64,000 nucleotides of DNA. Origin: Candidatus Eremiobacteria bacterium (GTDB lineage: Bacteria > Vulcanimicrobiota > Vulcanimicrobiia > Vulcanimicrobiales > Vulcanimicrobiaceae). A program made the position numbers and the translations under genes. Below the pieces are notes generated by a model that searched no databases, was not told the origin of the DNA, and was given only the letters and a program-made list of their open reading frames with translations. The stretch lies in contig CAVTRC010000002.1 of assembly GCA_963737065.1 (NCBI GenBank), forward strand, positions 96,001 to 160,000, in the 5' to 3' direction. Of this stretch, positions 36,886-47,604 are shown piece by piece (positions within the stretch are counted from its first letter, which is position 1; each line of letters begins with the position of its first letter).

Positions 36886-37263
36886 CTACGGATTCGGATT
36901 CGTAAGCGGTGTGTTTTGATCGTAAATCAGCTTCCAGTCGTCGCCGTCGCGCACGAATAGCAGAAACAGAAGAAAACGGGTGAGACCTTGCGGCGTCGAA
37001 TATCGGATCGACGTCAGCGCCCACGCTGAATCGTCGCGTTCTTGCGTCCATAAGATCGACGGCTCGAAAACCCAACCGCCCTCGATAAACCAGCCTCGGT
37101 GCGCGGCCACCGCATCGTCATACCCGTGAATGATCGATCCCGTCGGCCCGATCAAGCGGACGTCATGATGCAGCGTGCGCGCGAACCGTTCGATATCGCG
37201 AGACGAAATTGCCGCGAGATGCTCGTTCAGCGCCGTGCCGAACGCACTCTGACGGTCAATCAT
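36886..37263 (-). CDS. NTF2-like (SnoaL/DUF4440) protein
   Basis: HLAAISSRDIERF..LHHDV, GDDWKLIYDQNT; ATGA overlap with the SDR. Confidence 0.75.
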   Translation of the reverse strand: MIDRQSAFGTALNEHLAAISSRDIERFARTLHHDVRLIGPTGSIIHGYDDAVAAHRGWFIEGGWVFEPSILWTQERDDSAWALTSIRYSTPQGLTRFLLFLLFVRDGDDWKLIYDQNTPLTNPNP

Positions 37264-37988
37264 GGCCAAGATGTCTCCTCATTGGGGCAAATGAGCAATT
37301 CGCGAACGTCGCATCCTTTCGGTTGCGAGAGCGCAAAGACGACCGCGTTTGCAACGTCCGACGGAGCGTTCAGCTGCGCGTCGGGCCCCGGCTGATACTG
37401 AGGATCGCGGCCGTCGAAGAATGACGTGCGCATTCCGCCGGGGATGAGCAGCGTGATGCCGACCCGTCCCTTCAGTTCCGCCGAGAGCGCGCGCGTGAAT
37501 CCCACGACACCGAACTTGCTGGCGCAGTACGCCGAGGCGTCCGAAAGCGCGCGTAATCCGAGCGTTGAAGCGACCGTCACGATTCGCCCGTGATCTTTTT
37601 CGAGATAGGGAAGCGCCGCGCGAACCAGTGCCGCAGTGCCCACCAGGTTGACGGTGATGACGCGTTGCCATTGCTCGAACGGAACTTTATCGAACGGCCC
37701 GCACGCGTCGATCCCCGCATTGGCGACGATGCCGCTCAAACCGCCGTATTTCTCCGCAGCGTCGTCGACCGCGCGTTGAACCGACGCAACATCGCTGACG
37801 TCGACCTTGTGATATTCGTGCCGGTCGCGTGACTCGCGTACGTCGAGAACGACCGGCGTTCCGCCGGCATCTGCGATCGCGTCCGCAACCGCCGCGCCGA
37901 GTCCCGACGCCGCGCCGGTCACGACATATGCGCCACGCAGCGTACGGCGTAGTGTGGTGCCGACCGAATCACGAGCGATCGTTTCCAT
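37260..37988 (-). CDS. Short-chain dehydrogenase/reductase
   Basis: TGAASGLG, NAG, YCASK catalytic motif. Confidence 0.93.
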   Translation of the reverse strand: METIARDSVGTTLRRTLRGAYVVTGAASGLGAAVADAIADAGGTPVVLDVRESRDRHEYHKVDVSDVASVQRAVDDAAEKYGGLSGIVANAGIDACGPFDKVPFEQWQRVITVNLVGTAALVRAALPYLEKDHGRIVTVASTLGLRALSDASAYCASKFGVVGFTRALSAELKGRVGITLLIPGGMRTSFFDGRDPQYQPGPDAQLNAPSDVANAVVFALSQPKGCDVRELLICPNEETSWP

Positions 37989-38009
37989 GACGTTGATATC
38001 TCCTTCGCG

Positions 38010-39215
38010 TTACGACAGTGAAAGACGATTGATGACGTTTGCCGTTATCTGCACGACCGTTGGTTCCAACGAGCCCAATGCGCGTGCCCAATCGACCGTT
38101 CCGGCGGTAAAGAGCGTTCCCTGTCGTTCGAGCACTCCGAGCGTTGCGTGTGCGTCGTCGTTGACTTCACCGGATCCGTCTTGCACGGGCCAATGCGCAA
38201 TGCTCGCTTCTGCGAGCGCGGTGAATTCCGGCGGCGGCGAAACCGGTGATCCGTCGCACTCATACCCAATCACGCGCTCCTCTTCACCAAAGACGTCGCC
38301 CGTCTGCACGGGACACTTTTCAAAAATCCAATGTGGAGACCGCTCGACGCGGAATCCCGTCGGTGGACGACCGCCGATCCATTTCCCGCCGCCGAAGCGG
38401 TAACTTACGCCGAAGGTTCGTTCCTCCGGATCGTCACTCCAACGGCCGGCGCGCGAAAGCCGGCGAGTTGTGTCGTCGTAATCTGCACGGAAGAAGCACG
38501 TGTTGCCCGTAAAGAACGCGGCGTTGCCTCCTGCGTGAACGAACGCATCGAGTTGCGCGCGCATCGGCGCCGTCCAGTATTCGTGATGGCCGAACGCCAG
38601 CAGCAGCCGGTATCCCGAGAGTAGCGAGGGGTTCCGATGGAGGTCGAGATCGCAACAGTAGTCGACCTCATATCCGTTGCGATCTAGCCAAGCGATCGCG
38701 CGCGCGTCCCAATGCGCAAAGCTTTGCCTTGGTGAAGACGGATCGTAAACGTCGATGTTGCGTTCATCCCAGAGATGTCCGCCGATGCCGCCGCCGCATC
38801 GCTCGAGACTCACCGTCTTGCCAAAGTTATAGAGGCACGTGCCGTCCACGTCGAGCTCTTGGCCGACGTTGTATGCGTGGTAGGTGAAAATCGGCACGTT
38901 GTAAAGCGTCGGCGATTGCGGCGTGCGGGAGCGTACCACGAGCAACGCGCGCGCATCGCGCGCGTCCAGCCGCATTTTTCCTTCCCGTGGACGCTGTAGC
39001 ACGATGACGTAGACGCCGGAGCGCCACGTATCGGGTACCTCAATGTCGAGTTGCCGTTCACCAGCCTCGAGCGGCGTGAACGCGTACTCCGGCATGCGTT
39101 CAGGATGAGATCCGATGCGAAAGACGCATAGCGTCGTCCGGTCGTCGGAGCGAACGCACAAACGCGTTCGTTCGCCTTGCGCAACGCTCGGCGGGCTCGC
39201 ATACGCCTCGATCAC
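38010..39215 (-). CDS. N,N-dimethylformamidase beta-subunit-like protein
   Basis: TYHAYN, WLDRNGYEVDY, GHHEYWT, GGNAAFFTGN, GYECD, AGTVDW. Confidence 0.75.
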   Translation of the reverse strand: MIEAYASPPSVAQGERTRLCVRSDDRTTLCVFRIGSHPERMPEYAFTPLEAGERQLDIEVPDTWRSGVYVIVLQRPREGKMRLDARDARALLVVRSRTPQSPTLYNVPIFTYHAYNVGQELDVDGTCLYNFGKTVSLERCGGGIGGHLWDERNIDVYDPSSPRQSFAHWDARAIAWLDRNGYEVDYCCDLDLHRNPSLLSGYRLLLAFGHHEYWTAPMRAQLDAFVHAGGNAAFFTGNTCFFRADYDDTTRRLSRAGRWSDDPEERTFGVSYRFGGGKWIGGRPPTGFRVERSPHWIFEKCPVQTGDVFGEEERVIGYECDGSPVSPPPEFTALAEASIAHWPVQDGSGEVNDDAHATLGVLERQGTLFTAGTVDWARALGSLEPTVVQITANVINRLSLS

Positions 39216-40084
39216 CGCGCGCTCACGCTCCAGACTTCATCGATCCTCCGCTGCAGCGAGATGTCGATCGGATGTCGATTGCTCATGGCCCACGGAAGGC
39301 CGGCGAGTGCGGGCAGCAGCGCCGCGCGCGCGGCGGCATCCCGGCGCGCGCAACGCGCCGCTTCGATGGTCGCGCGCCACGCGCTTGCGCCGCGATAGCG
39401 CATCCATGCTACCCACAGCCGGTTGCGAATGAGCAACTGACGGCGGCGGGCGTCGTCGCGCTCTTCGGAACACGGCGCATGCCGCACGTGCATATCGGCG
39501 AGATAGCGAACGAGCCAACCCCGGCGATGAAGTTCGAGCGCAAGCAACGTCTCCTCACCGCCGATCATGAACCGCCGCTCGTAGCCGCCGCACTGCAGAA
39601 ACACGTCCGTTCGCACCATCGACCCGCCGGCCATGAAAAAGATGATCGGCGACCCCGGTAAACCATCGACGCTTGCGCTGGCAGACATCGCTACGCAGGC
39701 TTCATCGATGCGTCCATTGCGTTCGACGGTTATGCAAGCGTTGAGCAACGCGATGCCGCGATGTGATTCCAACACCTGCACTCCGCGCGCGACCGATCCG
39801 GGGAGCCACCAACTGTCATCGTCGCAGAATGCAATGTACGGCGTTTGCACGTGGCACGCGCCGATCGTGCGCGCGAACGCGCCCTCGTTCGCGCGTAAGG
39901 CGATAACGCGTACGTTGGGAAACGCTTTACAAACGTGAGCGACCGTGCCGTCCGCTGATGCGTTATCGACGACGATCAGATCGGCAACTTCGTCCAGCGT
40001 AACGAGGCGCTCGAGCGTGGCGGACAACTGCGTGCGGCGGTTGCGCGTAGCGATCACGATCGACGTGCGCGCGTCTCTTCTCAT
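39212..40084 (-). CDS. Glycosyltransferase family 2
   Basis: SIVIATRNR, VVDNASADGT, AFCDDDSWW, GGEE. Confidence 0.9.
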   Translation of the reverse strand: MRRDARTSIVIATRNRRTQLSATLERLVTLDEVADLIVVDNASADGTVAHVCKAFPNVRVIALRANEGAFARTIGACHVQTPYIAFCDDDSWWLPGSVARGVQVLESHRGIALLNACITVERNGRIDEACVAMSASASVDGLPGSPIIFFMAGGSMVRTDVFLQCGGYERRFMIGGEETLLALELHRRGWLVRYLADMHVRHAPCSEERDDARRRQLLIRNRLWVAWMRYRGASAWRATIEAARCARRDAAARAALLPALAGLPWAMSNRHPIDISLQRRIDEVWSVSAR

Positions 40085-41022
40085 GCCGGGACGGCCCTCT
40101 TGAACCACGCGACGGTTCGGGCGAGGCCTTCGGACATCGGCGTCTGTGCTCGCCATTTCAAGAGCGCCCGCGCCCGCGCTAAGTCCGGACGGCGTTGGCG
40201 CGGATCGTTCTCCGGAAGCGGTTTATGGCGAATACGTAACGGAACGGCGCAGAGCTCGCTGATCGTGCGCGCAATTTCGAGAATGCTGACCTCTTCATCG
40301 TTGCCGATGTTAATGACCCAATACGCGGGATCGTCGATTGCCGCAAACCGCAGGATCGCTTCAATCAGGTCGTCGACGTAGCACAGCGATCGCGTTTGAC
40401 TGCCGTCGCCAAAAATCGTCATCGGCTGGCCGGTGAGCGCCTCATTGATGAAGGTTGGAACGACGCGCCCGTCATTGCGCCGCATGCGCGGGCCGTACGT
40501 GTTGAAAATTCGAACCATCCTCGCGTCCAAGGCGGTGGTTCTGCGGTACGCGGCGATTACTGCTTCGCCGTACCGTTTCGCTTCGTCATAACACGAGCGC
40601 GGGCCAATGGAATTGACATTGCCAAAATACGGCTCACGTTGCGGATGTTCGAGAGGGTCGCCGTAAACCTCCGACGTCGATGCGTACAGCACGCGCGCTC
40701 CGTGACGCAGGGCGGTCTCGCAGCAGAGTTCCGTCCCACGCGAATTGACGCGCAGCGTAGGGAGCGGACGTTGCGCATAGTCGACCGGACTTGCCGGCGA
40801 AGCAAAGTGAAAAATGATGTCGACACGCTCGAGTTCCGGAAGCTTTTCGCTGACGTCGGCTTCGACGAAGCGGAACCGGTCATCTTCGAGAATCGTCGAG
40901 AGATTGGAAATGTCGCCCGTGATGAGATCGTCGACCCCGATCACTTCATGCCCTTCGCGAAGCAGCGCTGCGCAAAGATGCGAACCGACGAACCCTGCCC
41001 CGCCGGTAACCAGTGCGATCAT
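40081..41022 (-). CDS. UDP-glucuronate decarboxylase (UDP-xylose synthase) family
   Basis: TGGAGFVGSHL, ASPASPVDY, STSEVYGDP, GPRSCYDEAKR, RIFNTYGPRM. Confidence 0.92.
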   Translation of the reverse strand: MIALVTGGAGFVGSHLCAALLREGHEVIGVDDLITGDISNLSTILEDDRFRFVEADVSEKLPELERVDIIFHFASPASPVDYAQRPLPTLRVNSRGTELCCETALRHGARVLYASTSEVYGDPLEHPQREPYFGNVNSIGPRSCYDEAKRYGEAVIAAYRRTTALDARMVRIFNTYGPRMRRNDGRVVPTFINEALTGQPMTIFGDGSQTRSLCYVDDLIEAILRFAAIDDPAYWVINIGNDEEVSILEIARTISELCAVPLRIRHKPLPENDPRQRRPDLARARALLKWRAQTPMSEGLARTVAWFKRAVPA

Positions 41023-42335
41023 GCGGAGATTGCCGCCCGTGCCGGCCGAGCGACGCCATAGTACGAGAAACCCACGCCACGGAGCCGGCCGGCGTCTAAC
41101 GCATTGCGCATATCGAAGAGATTGGCGCCATTCATCGACTCGTAAACGCGACGCCAATCCAGCGATCGGTATTCGTTCCACGGCGTCGCAACGATCACGT
41201 ACTGTGCGCCGTCCGCGGCGTCGTACGGCGTTGCCGCGTATTCGACCGCGTCTCGCAACACGCGCCGCGCGGACGCCGTAGCGGCGGGATCGTGAACGCG
41301 CAGTGCGGCTCCGCGAGTTGCAAGCGCTCGCGCAAGAGCGATTGCAGGCGATTCGCGGACGTCGTCGGTGTCCGGTTTAAAGCTCAAGCCGAGAAGCGCA
41401 CCGCGGCTTCCGTCAAGTTCGCCGATGCGCGCTTGGATTGTCGTGACCGCGCGCGCGATCTGGCGGCGGTTGACGTCGAGAACGGCGTCGAGCATTGCGG
41501 GCTCGATCGCATGCGCGCGGGCGACATGCGCAAGCGCACTCACGTCCTTCGGCAGGCACGAGCCGCCGAAACCGATTCCAGGCTGCATGTACTGCTTGCC
41601 GATCCGGCGGTCATACGCAATGCCGGCCAAGACGTCGTCAACATCTGCGCCGACCGCCTCGCAGATGTTCGAAAGCTCGTTCACAAAGGAAAGCTTCGTC
41701 GCCAGAAACGCGTTTGCGGCGTACTTGATCATTTCGGCCGTGTGTGGTTTGACGACCAAGACCGGCGCGTCGATCGGCGCGTAGACGCTTTTCAAAATCG
41801 CAGCTGCTTGCGAATCGTCCGTGCCGATCACGATCCGGTCGGGATGCATGAAATCGTCGACCGCGCTACCTTCTCGCAAGAACTCCGGATTCGATGCGAC
41901 CATGAATCGTCGTCCGGTTCCGTAGCGTTCCAAGAGGCGCGCGACCAGATCTACGGTTTCGACGGGTACCGTCGACTTGTTGACGACGAGCAAATCGCAC
42001 GAGGCATACGTGGCGATCTCTTTCGCCGCTTGGCGAACGTATGTCAGATCTGCGTCGCCGAGCGGACCGACGGGCGTGCCGACTGCGATGAAAACGATTT
42101 CGCGTCCCGCGAGTGCATCCGCCGCTGACGGCACAAACCGCAAGGTTCCTTCTTCGACGCTACGATGCACGAGCGCATCGAGCGTCGGTTCATGGAAGGG
42201 AAGTTCGCCTGCGTTCAACATTGCGATCTTCGTAAGATCGGTGTCGTAGGCAACGACGTTATTTCCGAGCCGTGCTAAGCAGGCTGCGGTCACAAGTCCG
42301 ACGTACCCGGTGCCGCAGACGGCGACGGTATGCAT
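41019..42335 (-). CDS. ugd: UDP-glucose 6-dehydrogenase
   Basis: GTGYVG, KSTVP, NPEFLREG, KYAAN, GFGGSCLPKD, FKPDTDDVRESP. Confidence 0.93.
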   Translation of the reverse strand: MHTVAVCGTGYVGLVTAACLARLGNNVVAYDTDLTKIAMLNAGELPFHEPTLDALVHRSVEEGTLRFVPSAADALAGREIVFIAVGTPVGPLGDADLTYVRQAAKEIATYASCDLLVVNKSTVPVETVDLVARLLERYGTGRRFMVASNPEFLREGSAVDDFMHPDRIVIGTDDSQAAAILKSVYAPIDAPVLVVKPHTAEMIKYAANAFLATKLSFVNELSNICEAVGADVDDVLAGIAYDRRIGKQYMQPGIGFGGSCLPKDVSALAHVARAHAIEPAMLDAVLDVNRRQIARAVTTIQARIGELDGSRGALLGLSFKPDTDDVRESPAIALARALATRGAALRVHDPAATASARRVLRDAVEYAATPYDAADGAQYVIVATPWNEYRSLDWRRVYESMNGANLFDMRNALDAGRLRGVGFSYYGVARPARAAISA

Positions 42336-42487
42336 GCATGCTATGTTGCCATCCTGCATTTATACGAAGCGGCTTCGGTGCTTTCGCTACATCGTTGTTA
42401 TGTTGCAAACACGGCGTGCGATTCGCGACACGGAACTTGGGAATCGTGCGGAGTAGTACCCCCTTTTACGAAGGACGAGTAAGCGTA

Positions 42488-44155
42488 GTGAATGTGCTTG
42501 GGATTAACGCCGTTTTCCATGACAGCAGCGCATCGCTGGTCGTGGATGGGCGTATCCTTGCAGCGGCAGAAGAAGAGCGGTTTAGCCGGCGCAAGCATGG
42601 CAAACCGTGCGTTCCGTTCAGCACGTGGGAATTACCGAGTGCGTCGGCTGCGTGGGTGTTGCAATTCGGCGGATTGCAGCCTTCAGATGTCGATGTCGTT
42701 GCATATTCATACGACCCCGATCTTGCTCCGAAGTCGAACGGCGACATTACGAAAGATGAATGGGAGGGTCTGCGCACGCTTTTCGCGCGCCGCTTTCCGA
42801 ATTTCTTGAAAACGGTCTTGCCCGGAATCGAGCGCGCGAACGTCGAGTTCGTTGCACACCATGTCGCGCACGCGGCGTCGGCATATCTCGCAGCGCCTTT
42901 TGAACGTTGCGCGGTGCTGGTGCTCGACGGACGTGGTGAATCGACATCAGGATTGCTCGGCGTCGCGCGAAACGGAAAGCTAGACGTTCTCGCAACCTGC
43001 ACGCTGCCGCACTCCTTAGGATTGCTCTACGAAGAACTGACCGCGCATCTCGGCTTCCACCGCTCGTCGGATGAATACAAGGTAATGGGCCTGGCGGGAT
43101 ACGGACGCCCGCGGTTCATCGATCGTTTTCGCGAAATCGTGCGCGTCGACGGACCCTCCTTCACCGTTGCGCCGGTGGAGCTTACGGAATTCGCTCCGCG
43201 GCGCCGCGACGGCGATGCGTTCGAAAGCGAACATGCCGACCTCGCGTGCAGCGTGCAGCAGCGTCTCGAAGAAGTGATTTTAGAGCTTGCGCGCTGGCTG
43301 GCTCGGGAAACCGGAGAAACGTCGATCGCATTGGCCGGAGGTGTCGCGCTCAACTGCGTGGCGAACGCACGTCTCGCGGCGGAAGGTCCGTTCGAACGCG
43401 TTTGGGTGCAACCCGCCGCCGGCGATGCCGGCACGTCGCTCGGTGCCGCACTCTATGCCGCGAATAAGCACGGCGACCGCGTTTCACCGATGACGACCGC
43501 TGCGCTCGGGCGCGAATGGGGCGACGACGCGATCGAGCGCTGGCTCAAGACCGCCCAAATTCCGTACGCGCGTTCAAACGACATTGCACGCGACGTCGCG
43601 CAGACGATCGCGGACGACGGCATCGTCGCCTGGTTCCAAGGACGCAGCGAATTTGGCCCGCGGGCGCTCGGCCATCGCAGTCTGCTGGCAAATCCCCGCT
43701 ACGCGGAGAACCTCGAACGACTCAACGACGTGAAGGGACGCGAGCAGTTTCGCCCCGTCGCACCCATGGTGCTCGCCGAACGTGCGCCTCAGATTTTTAT
43801 CGGACAATTGCCGAGTCCGTTCATGCTCTTTACGCATCGTGTTCGCGAGGAATGGCGCGAGCGGATCGCTGCTGCGGTTCACGTCGACGGAAGCGCGCGC
43901 ATTCAAACGGTCGACCGCAACGAAGAACCGCTTGTGGCGCGCATGCTCGATGAACTCGACCGTCTCACCGGGACGCCGGTCGTAATCAACACGAGTTTGA
44001 ACACAGCGGGCCGCCCGATGGTCGATGATGTGCGCGATGCACTGGAATGCTTTGGTTCTGCGCCTATCGATTTGCTCGCGATCGGTCCGTTTGTGATTCG
44101 TCGTCCACGCGCCTATGCGACGCAGAAAAGCCGGGAGCTGGCAGCCACACCGTGA
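42488..44155 (+). CDS. Carbamoyltransferase (NodU/CmcH family)
   Basis: HDSSA, EEERFSRRKH, HHVAHA, DGRGE, EYKVMGLA, AGGVALN, EFGPRALGHRS, NTSLN. Confidence 0.95.
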   Translation: MNVLGINAVFHDSSASLVVDGRILAAAEEERFSRRKHGKPCVPFSTWELPSASAAWVLQFGGLQPSDVDVVAYSYDPDLAPKSNGDITKDEWEGLRTLFARRFPNFLKTVLPGIERANVEFVAHHVAHAASAYLAAPFERCAVLVLDGRGESTSGLLGVARNGKLDVLATCTLPHSLGLLYEELTAHLGFHRSSDEYKVMGLAGYGRPRFIDRFREIVRVDGPSFTVAPVELTEFAPRRRDGDAFESEHADLACSVQQRLEEVILELARWLARETGETSIALAGGVALNCVANARLAAEGPFERVWVQPAAGDAGTSLGAALYAANKHGDRVSPMTTAALGREWGDDAIERWLKTAQIPYARSNDIARDVAQTIADDGIVAWFQGRSEFGPRALGHRSLLANPRYAENLERLNDVKGREQFRPVAPMVLAERAPQIFIGQLPSPFMLFTHRVREEWRERIAAAVHVDGSARIQTVDRNEEPLVARMLDELDRLTGTPVVINTSLNTAGRPMVDDVRDALECFGSAPIDLLAIGPFVIRRPRAYATQKSRELAATP

Positions 44156-45135
44156 TTCCGTACAGCATCGTCATTCCGACGATCGGGCGGACGAGCTTGT
44201 ATGAATTACTCGCTTCGCTTGCGCGCGGCGACGGGCCGATGCCGCAGTCGATCGTTATCGTCGACGATCGCAAGGCCGGCGAACCGCTTGATGCAGGACG
44301 GTTCCCCGGATCGATTGCGCGGCTGATCCGCCTCGAACGCAGCGGCGGCCGCGGTCCTGCTGCAGCGCGCAATCGCGGGTGGCGCGCGACCGCGACGCCG
44401 TGGGTTGTCTTTGTCGACGACGACGTCGTGTTGAGCGAACGTTGGCTCGATGATTTGCAACGTGATCTCGCTTCGGCACCGCCGCACGTCGGCGGTATTC
44501 AAGGAAGAATCGACGTGCCGCTTCCCCGCGGTCGCGCTGCGACGGACTGGGAACGTAATGTAAGCGGCTTGGCGCAATCGGTATGGATTACCGCAGACAT
44601 GGCATATCGTCGCGAAACGCTCCTAGCGACGGGCGGGTTCGACGAACGCTTCAAACGTGCGTACCGCGAAGACGCGGATCTTGCAATACGCGCGAAAACA
44701 CGCGGATTTGCGCTCGCGTTCGGAACGCGGCAGGCGCTGCATCCGGTTCGTCCGGCCGACCGCTGGATCAGCGTTCGGCTCCAGCGCGGAAACGCCGACG
44801 ACGTGCTGATGCGCGCGCTGCACGGAGCAGCGTGGCGCTCACGTGCCGGATCCCCGCGCGGCCGCTTTGCCATGCACGCTGCGACGGTTCTCGTTGCGGG
44901 CGTAACATTGACCGCCGCACTTGAACGGCGCAACGGCGTCGCATTGCTCGGCGCGGTAGCCTGGCTCGCGCTGACGGCCGATTTTGCTTGGCGCCGTATC
45001 GAACCCGGGCCGCGCACGCCGCAAGAAGTGGCGACCATGGCGGCGACGAGCGCGCTCATTCCGTTTGCAGCCGTGTATCACAAAGTGCGCGGCGCCGTCA
45101 TGCTACCGCGAATCCTTCGCGGGGAGGCCGCGTGA
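44152..45135 (+). CDS. Glycosyltransferase family 2
   Basis: SIVIPTIGR, GPAAARNRG, FVDDD, GGFDERF...REDADL. Confidence 0.9.
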   Translation: MIPYSIVIPTIGRTSLYELLASLARGDGPMPQSIVIVDDRKAGEPLDAGRFPGSIARLIRLERSGGRGPAAARNRGWRATATPWVVFVDDDVVLSERWLDDLQRDLASAPPHVGGIQGRIDVPLPRGRAATDWERNVSGLAQSVWITADMAYRRETLLATGGFDERFKRAYREDADLAIRAKTRGFALAFGTRQALHPVRPADRWISVRLQRGNADDVLMRALHGAAWRSRAGSPRGRFAMHAATVLVAGVTLTAALERRNGVALLGAVAWLALTADFAWRRIEPGPRTPQEVATMAATSALIPFAAVYHKVRGAVMLPRILRGEAA

Positions 45136-45659
45136 AGGACCGCGCGATTCTATTCGATCGAGACGGGACGTTGATCGTCGATCGTCCGGGAAATCGCGAT
45201 CCCAATGCGATCGAGCTGATGCCGCATGCCGCCGATGCGATCGCACTCGCACGCGAGTGGGGTTACGCGATCGCCGTCGTGACGAATCAACCGGCTATCG
45301 CCGACGGCGCGATCGACCAAACGCATCTTTTCCGTATGCACGCGCGCATCGAAGAGTTGGCGGGTCCGATCGACGGATGGTTCGTCTGCATTCATGGCGC
45401 GGCGGACGCGTGCGAGTGTCGTAAACCGCAACCCGGCCTGATCCTTGCCGCATCCACGCGGCTCGGCGTTTGTCCCGAGGACTGCACCGTGATCGGCGAC
45501 ATCGGCGCCGACATCGAGGCCGCGCATGCGGCGGGTGCGCAGGCGGTGCTTGTTCCGACGCCGGTAACGCGCGCGGAAGAGATCGAAGCAGCGCCCGTCG
45601 TCGCGAACGATGTTCTCGACGCCGTGCGGCGCGTTGTCGGCGGGACTGCATCTCAATGA
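45132..45659 (+). CDS. HAD-IIIA phosphatase (GmhB-like)
   Basis: LFDRDGTL, VTNQ, CxH...CECRKPQPG, IGD. Confidence 0.9.
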   Translation: MKDRAILFDRDGTLIVDRPGNRDPNAIELMPHAADAIALAREWGYAIAVVTNQPAIADGAIDQTHLFRMHARIEELAGPIDGWFVCIHGAADACECRKPQPGLILAASTRLGVCPEDCTVIGDIGADIEAAHAAGAQAVLVPTPVTRAEEIEAAPVVANDVLDAVRRVVGGTASQ

Positions 45660-46675
45660 ACCGCGTTCTCGCGATCCGCCAAGACAATAACGGCGACGTC
45701 TTGCTGATCGGGCCTGCGTTGCGCGCGATTGCGGCGCGCGCGAACGTCGATCTCGTCTGCGGTCCGCGCGGCGCTGCTGCCGGAACGTTGCTTCCCGCGA
45801 TTGACTCCGTCAGCGTTTGGGAAGCGGCATGGATCGATGCGCAGCCGCAACCGGTTTCGCGCGCAGATATCGATGCGTTTGTCGAGCGTTTTCGCGGCCG
45901 CTATGAAGAAGCGGTGATTTTCACGTCATTTCATCAGAGTCCGCTTCCGATGGCGCTCCTCTTGCGCATGGCCGGTGTGCCGCGGATCGGAGCGATCAGC
46001 GTCGACTATCCCGGATCGCTGCTTGACGTGCGACACCGTGTCGACGAAGAAGTCCACGAAGTGGAACGCGGACTCTCACTCGCCGCAGCGATGGGTTACA
46101 CGCTGCCGCGCGGTGATGATCCGCGTTTGCGGCTGCGTGCGCTACCGCACTCGCCCATGATGTCCACGCCCTACGTCGTCGTTCATCCTGGGTGCACGAT
46201 GCGCGCGCGCACGTGGAGCGCCGAGGGATTCCGCGCTGCGAGCTGCGCACTGTGCGAACGCGGGTACCATGTTGCGGTCACAGGGAGCGAAGAAGAGCGT
46301 GAACTCACCGCGTACGTCGCGGGCGCGCATGCGAGCGCGACCGATTTCGGCGGTGCCACGTCGTTTGCGGAATTCGCCGCGCTGATTGCCGGTGCGTCGG
46401 CTGTTGTGTGCGGCAATACGGCGGCGACACACGTTGCCGCGGCAGTCGGCACGCCGGTTGCTGAAATTTTCCCGCCCACGATTTCGTTTGCACGCTTTTA
46501 TCCGTGGATGGTGCCGTACGCCGTCTTCGGCGATCACGCGATTGCGTGCGCCGGTTGTCGCGCGCGCGTGTGTCCGTTCGACGAACATCCATGCGTCCGC
46601 AACGTTACCGCAACCGGCATCGCCGATGCCGTCCAACGGTTGGATCGCACCGCCGCGCTCGAGCTTGTGCCGTGA
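45656..46675 (+). CDS. Glycosyltransferase family 9 (heptosyltransferase-like)
   Basis: RQDNNGDVLL, HEVER, VVHPG, NTAATHVAAAVGTP. Confidence 0.88.
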   Translation: MNRVLAIRQDNNGDVLLIGPALRAIAARANVDLVCGPRGAAAGTLLPAIDSVSVWEAAWIDAQPQPVSRADIDAFVERFRGRYEEAVIFTSFHQSPLPMALLLRMAGVPRIGAISVDYPGSLLDVRHRVDEEVHEVERGLSLAAAMGYTLPRGDDPRLRLRALPHSPMMSTPYVVVHPGCTMRARTWSAEGFRAASCALCERGYHVAVTGSEEERELTAYVAGAHASATDFGGATSFAEFAALIAGASAVVCGNTAATHVAAAVGTPVAEIFPPTISFARFYPWMVPYAVFGDHAIACAGCRARVCPFDEHPCVRNVTATGIADAVQRLDRTAALELVP

Positions 46676-47604
46676 AAGTCCTCGTGTGGCACGTGCACGG
46701 TTCGTGGATGACCGCGTTCGTTCAAGGAACGCACGAGTATCTCGTTCCGGCGCTGCCCGGCCGCGGCACGGACGGACGCGGCCGTGCGGACACATGGGTG
46801 TGGCCGGATAGCGTCGTCGAGCGTTCGCCGGAACAGCTCGCGGGCGAACGTCCCGACCTTGTCGTGCTGCAGCGCCCGCATGAATACGAGCTGGTTCGCT
46901 CGTGGATGGGACTTACTCCAGGCGTCGACGTACCGGCGGTGTATCTGGAACACAACGCACCGCAAGGACGCATCAACGAGATGCGCCATCCGATGGCGGA
47001 CGTCAAAAACGTGCCCGTCGTTCACGTTACGTACTTCAATCAATTGTTTTGGGATTGCGGCGACGCGCGCACCTTTGTCATCGAACATGGCGTCATCGAT
47101 CCCGGCCGCCGGTATACCGGCGAGCTGCCGCGCTGCGCGGTGGTTATTAATGAAGCGCGCCGGCGCGCGCGCGTAACCGGGACCGACTTGCTGCCACGCT
47201 TCGATGCCGTCGTTCCCGTCGACGTGTTCGGCATGGACGCCGGGCCGATGGGCGGATACGAGAATTTACCGCAAGAACGCATGCATGACGAAATCGCGAG
47301 GCGACGTGTGTACGTGCATCCGATTCGGTGGACGTCGCTCGGACTCTCGCTCATCGAAGCCATGCATCTCGGCATGCCCGTCGTCGCCCTCGCGACGACG
47401 GAGGTTCCGCATGCCGTTCCCTCCTGCGCCGGCATCGTTTCGACCGACGTCAACGCGTTGGTTGATGCCAGCCGTACGCTACTCAACGATCTCGATCGGT
47501 GCGTCGACATGGGCAATCGTGCCCGTTCATACGCGCGCGAGCGCTTCGGCCTCGAGCGCTTTCTTGCCGATTGGGATCGCGTCATCGAGGAGATCGTCCC
47601 ATGA
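46672..47604 (+). CDS. Glycosyltransferase family 4-like
   Basis: WHVHGSW, TSLGLSLIEAMHLGMPVV. Confidence 0.85.
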   Translation: MKVLVWHVHGSWMTAFVQGTHEYLVPALPGRGTDGRGRADTWVWPDSVVERSPEQLAGERPDLVVLQRPHEYELVRSWMGLTPGVDVPAVYLEHNAPQGRINEMRHPMADVKNVPVVHVTYFNQLFWDCGDARTFVIEHGVIDPGRRYTGELPRCAVVINEARRRARVTGTDLLPRFDAVVPVDVFGMDAGPMGGYENLPQERMHDEIARRRVYVHPIRWTSLGLSLIEAMHLGMPVVALATTEVPHAVPSCAGIVSTDVNALVDASRTLLNDLDRCVDMGNRARSYARERFGLERFLADWDRVIEEIVP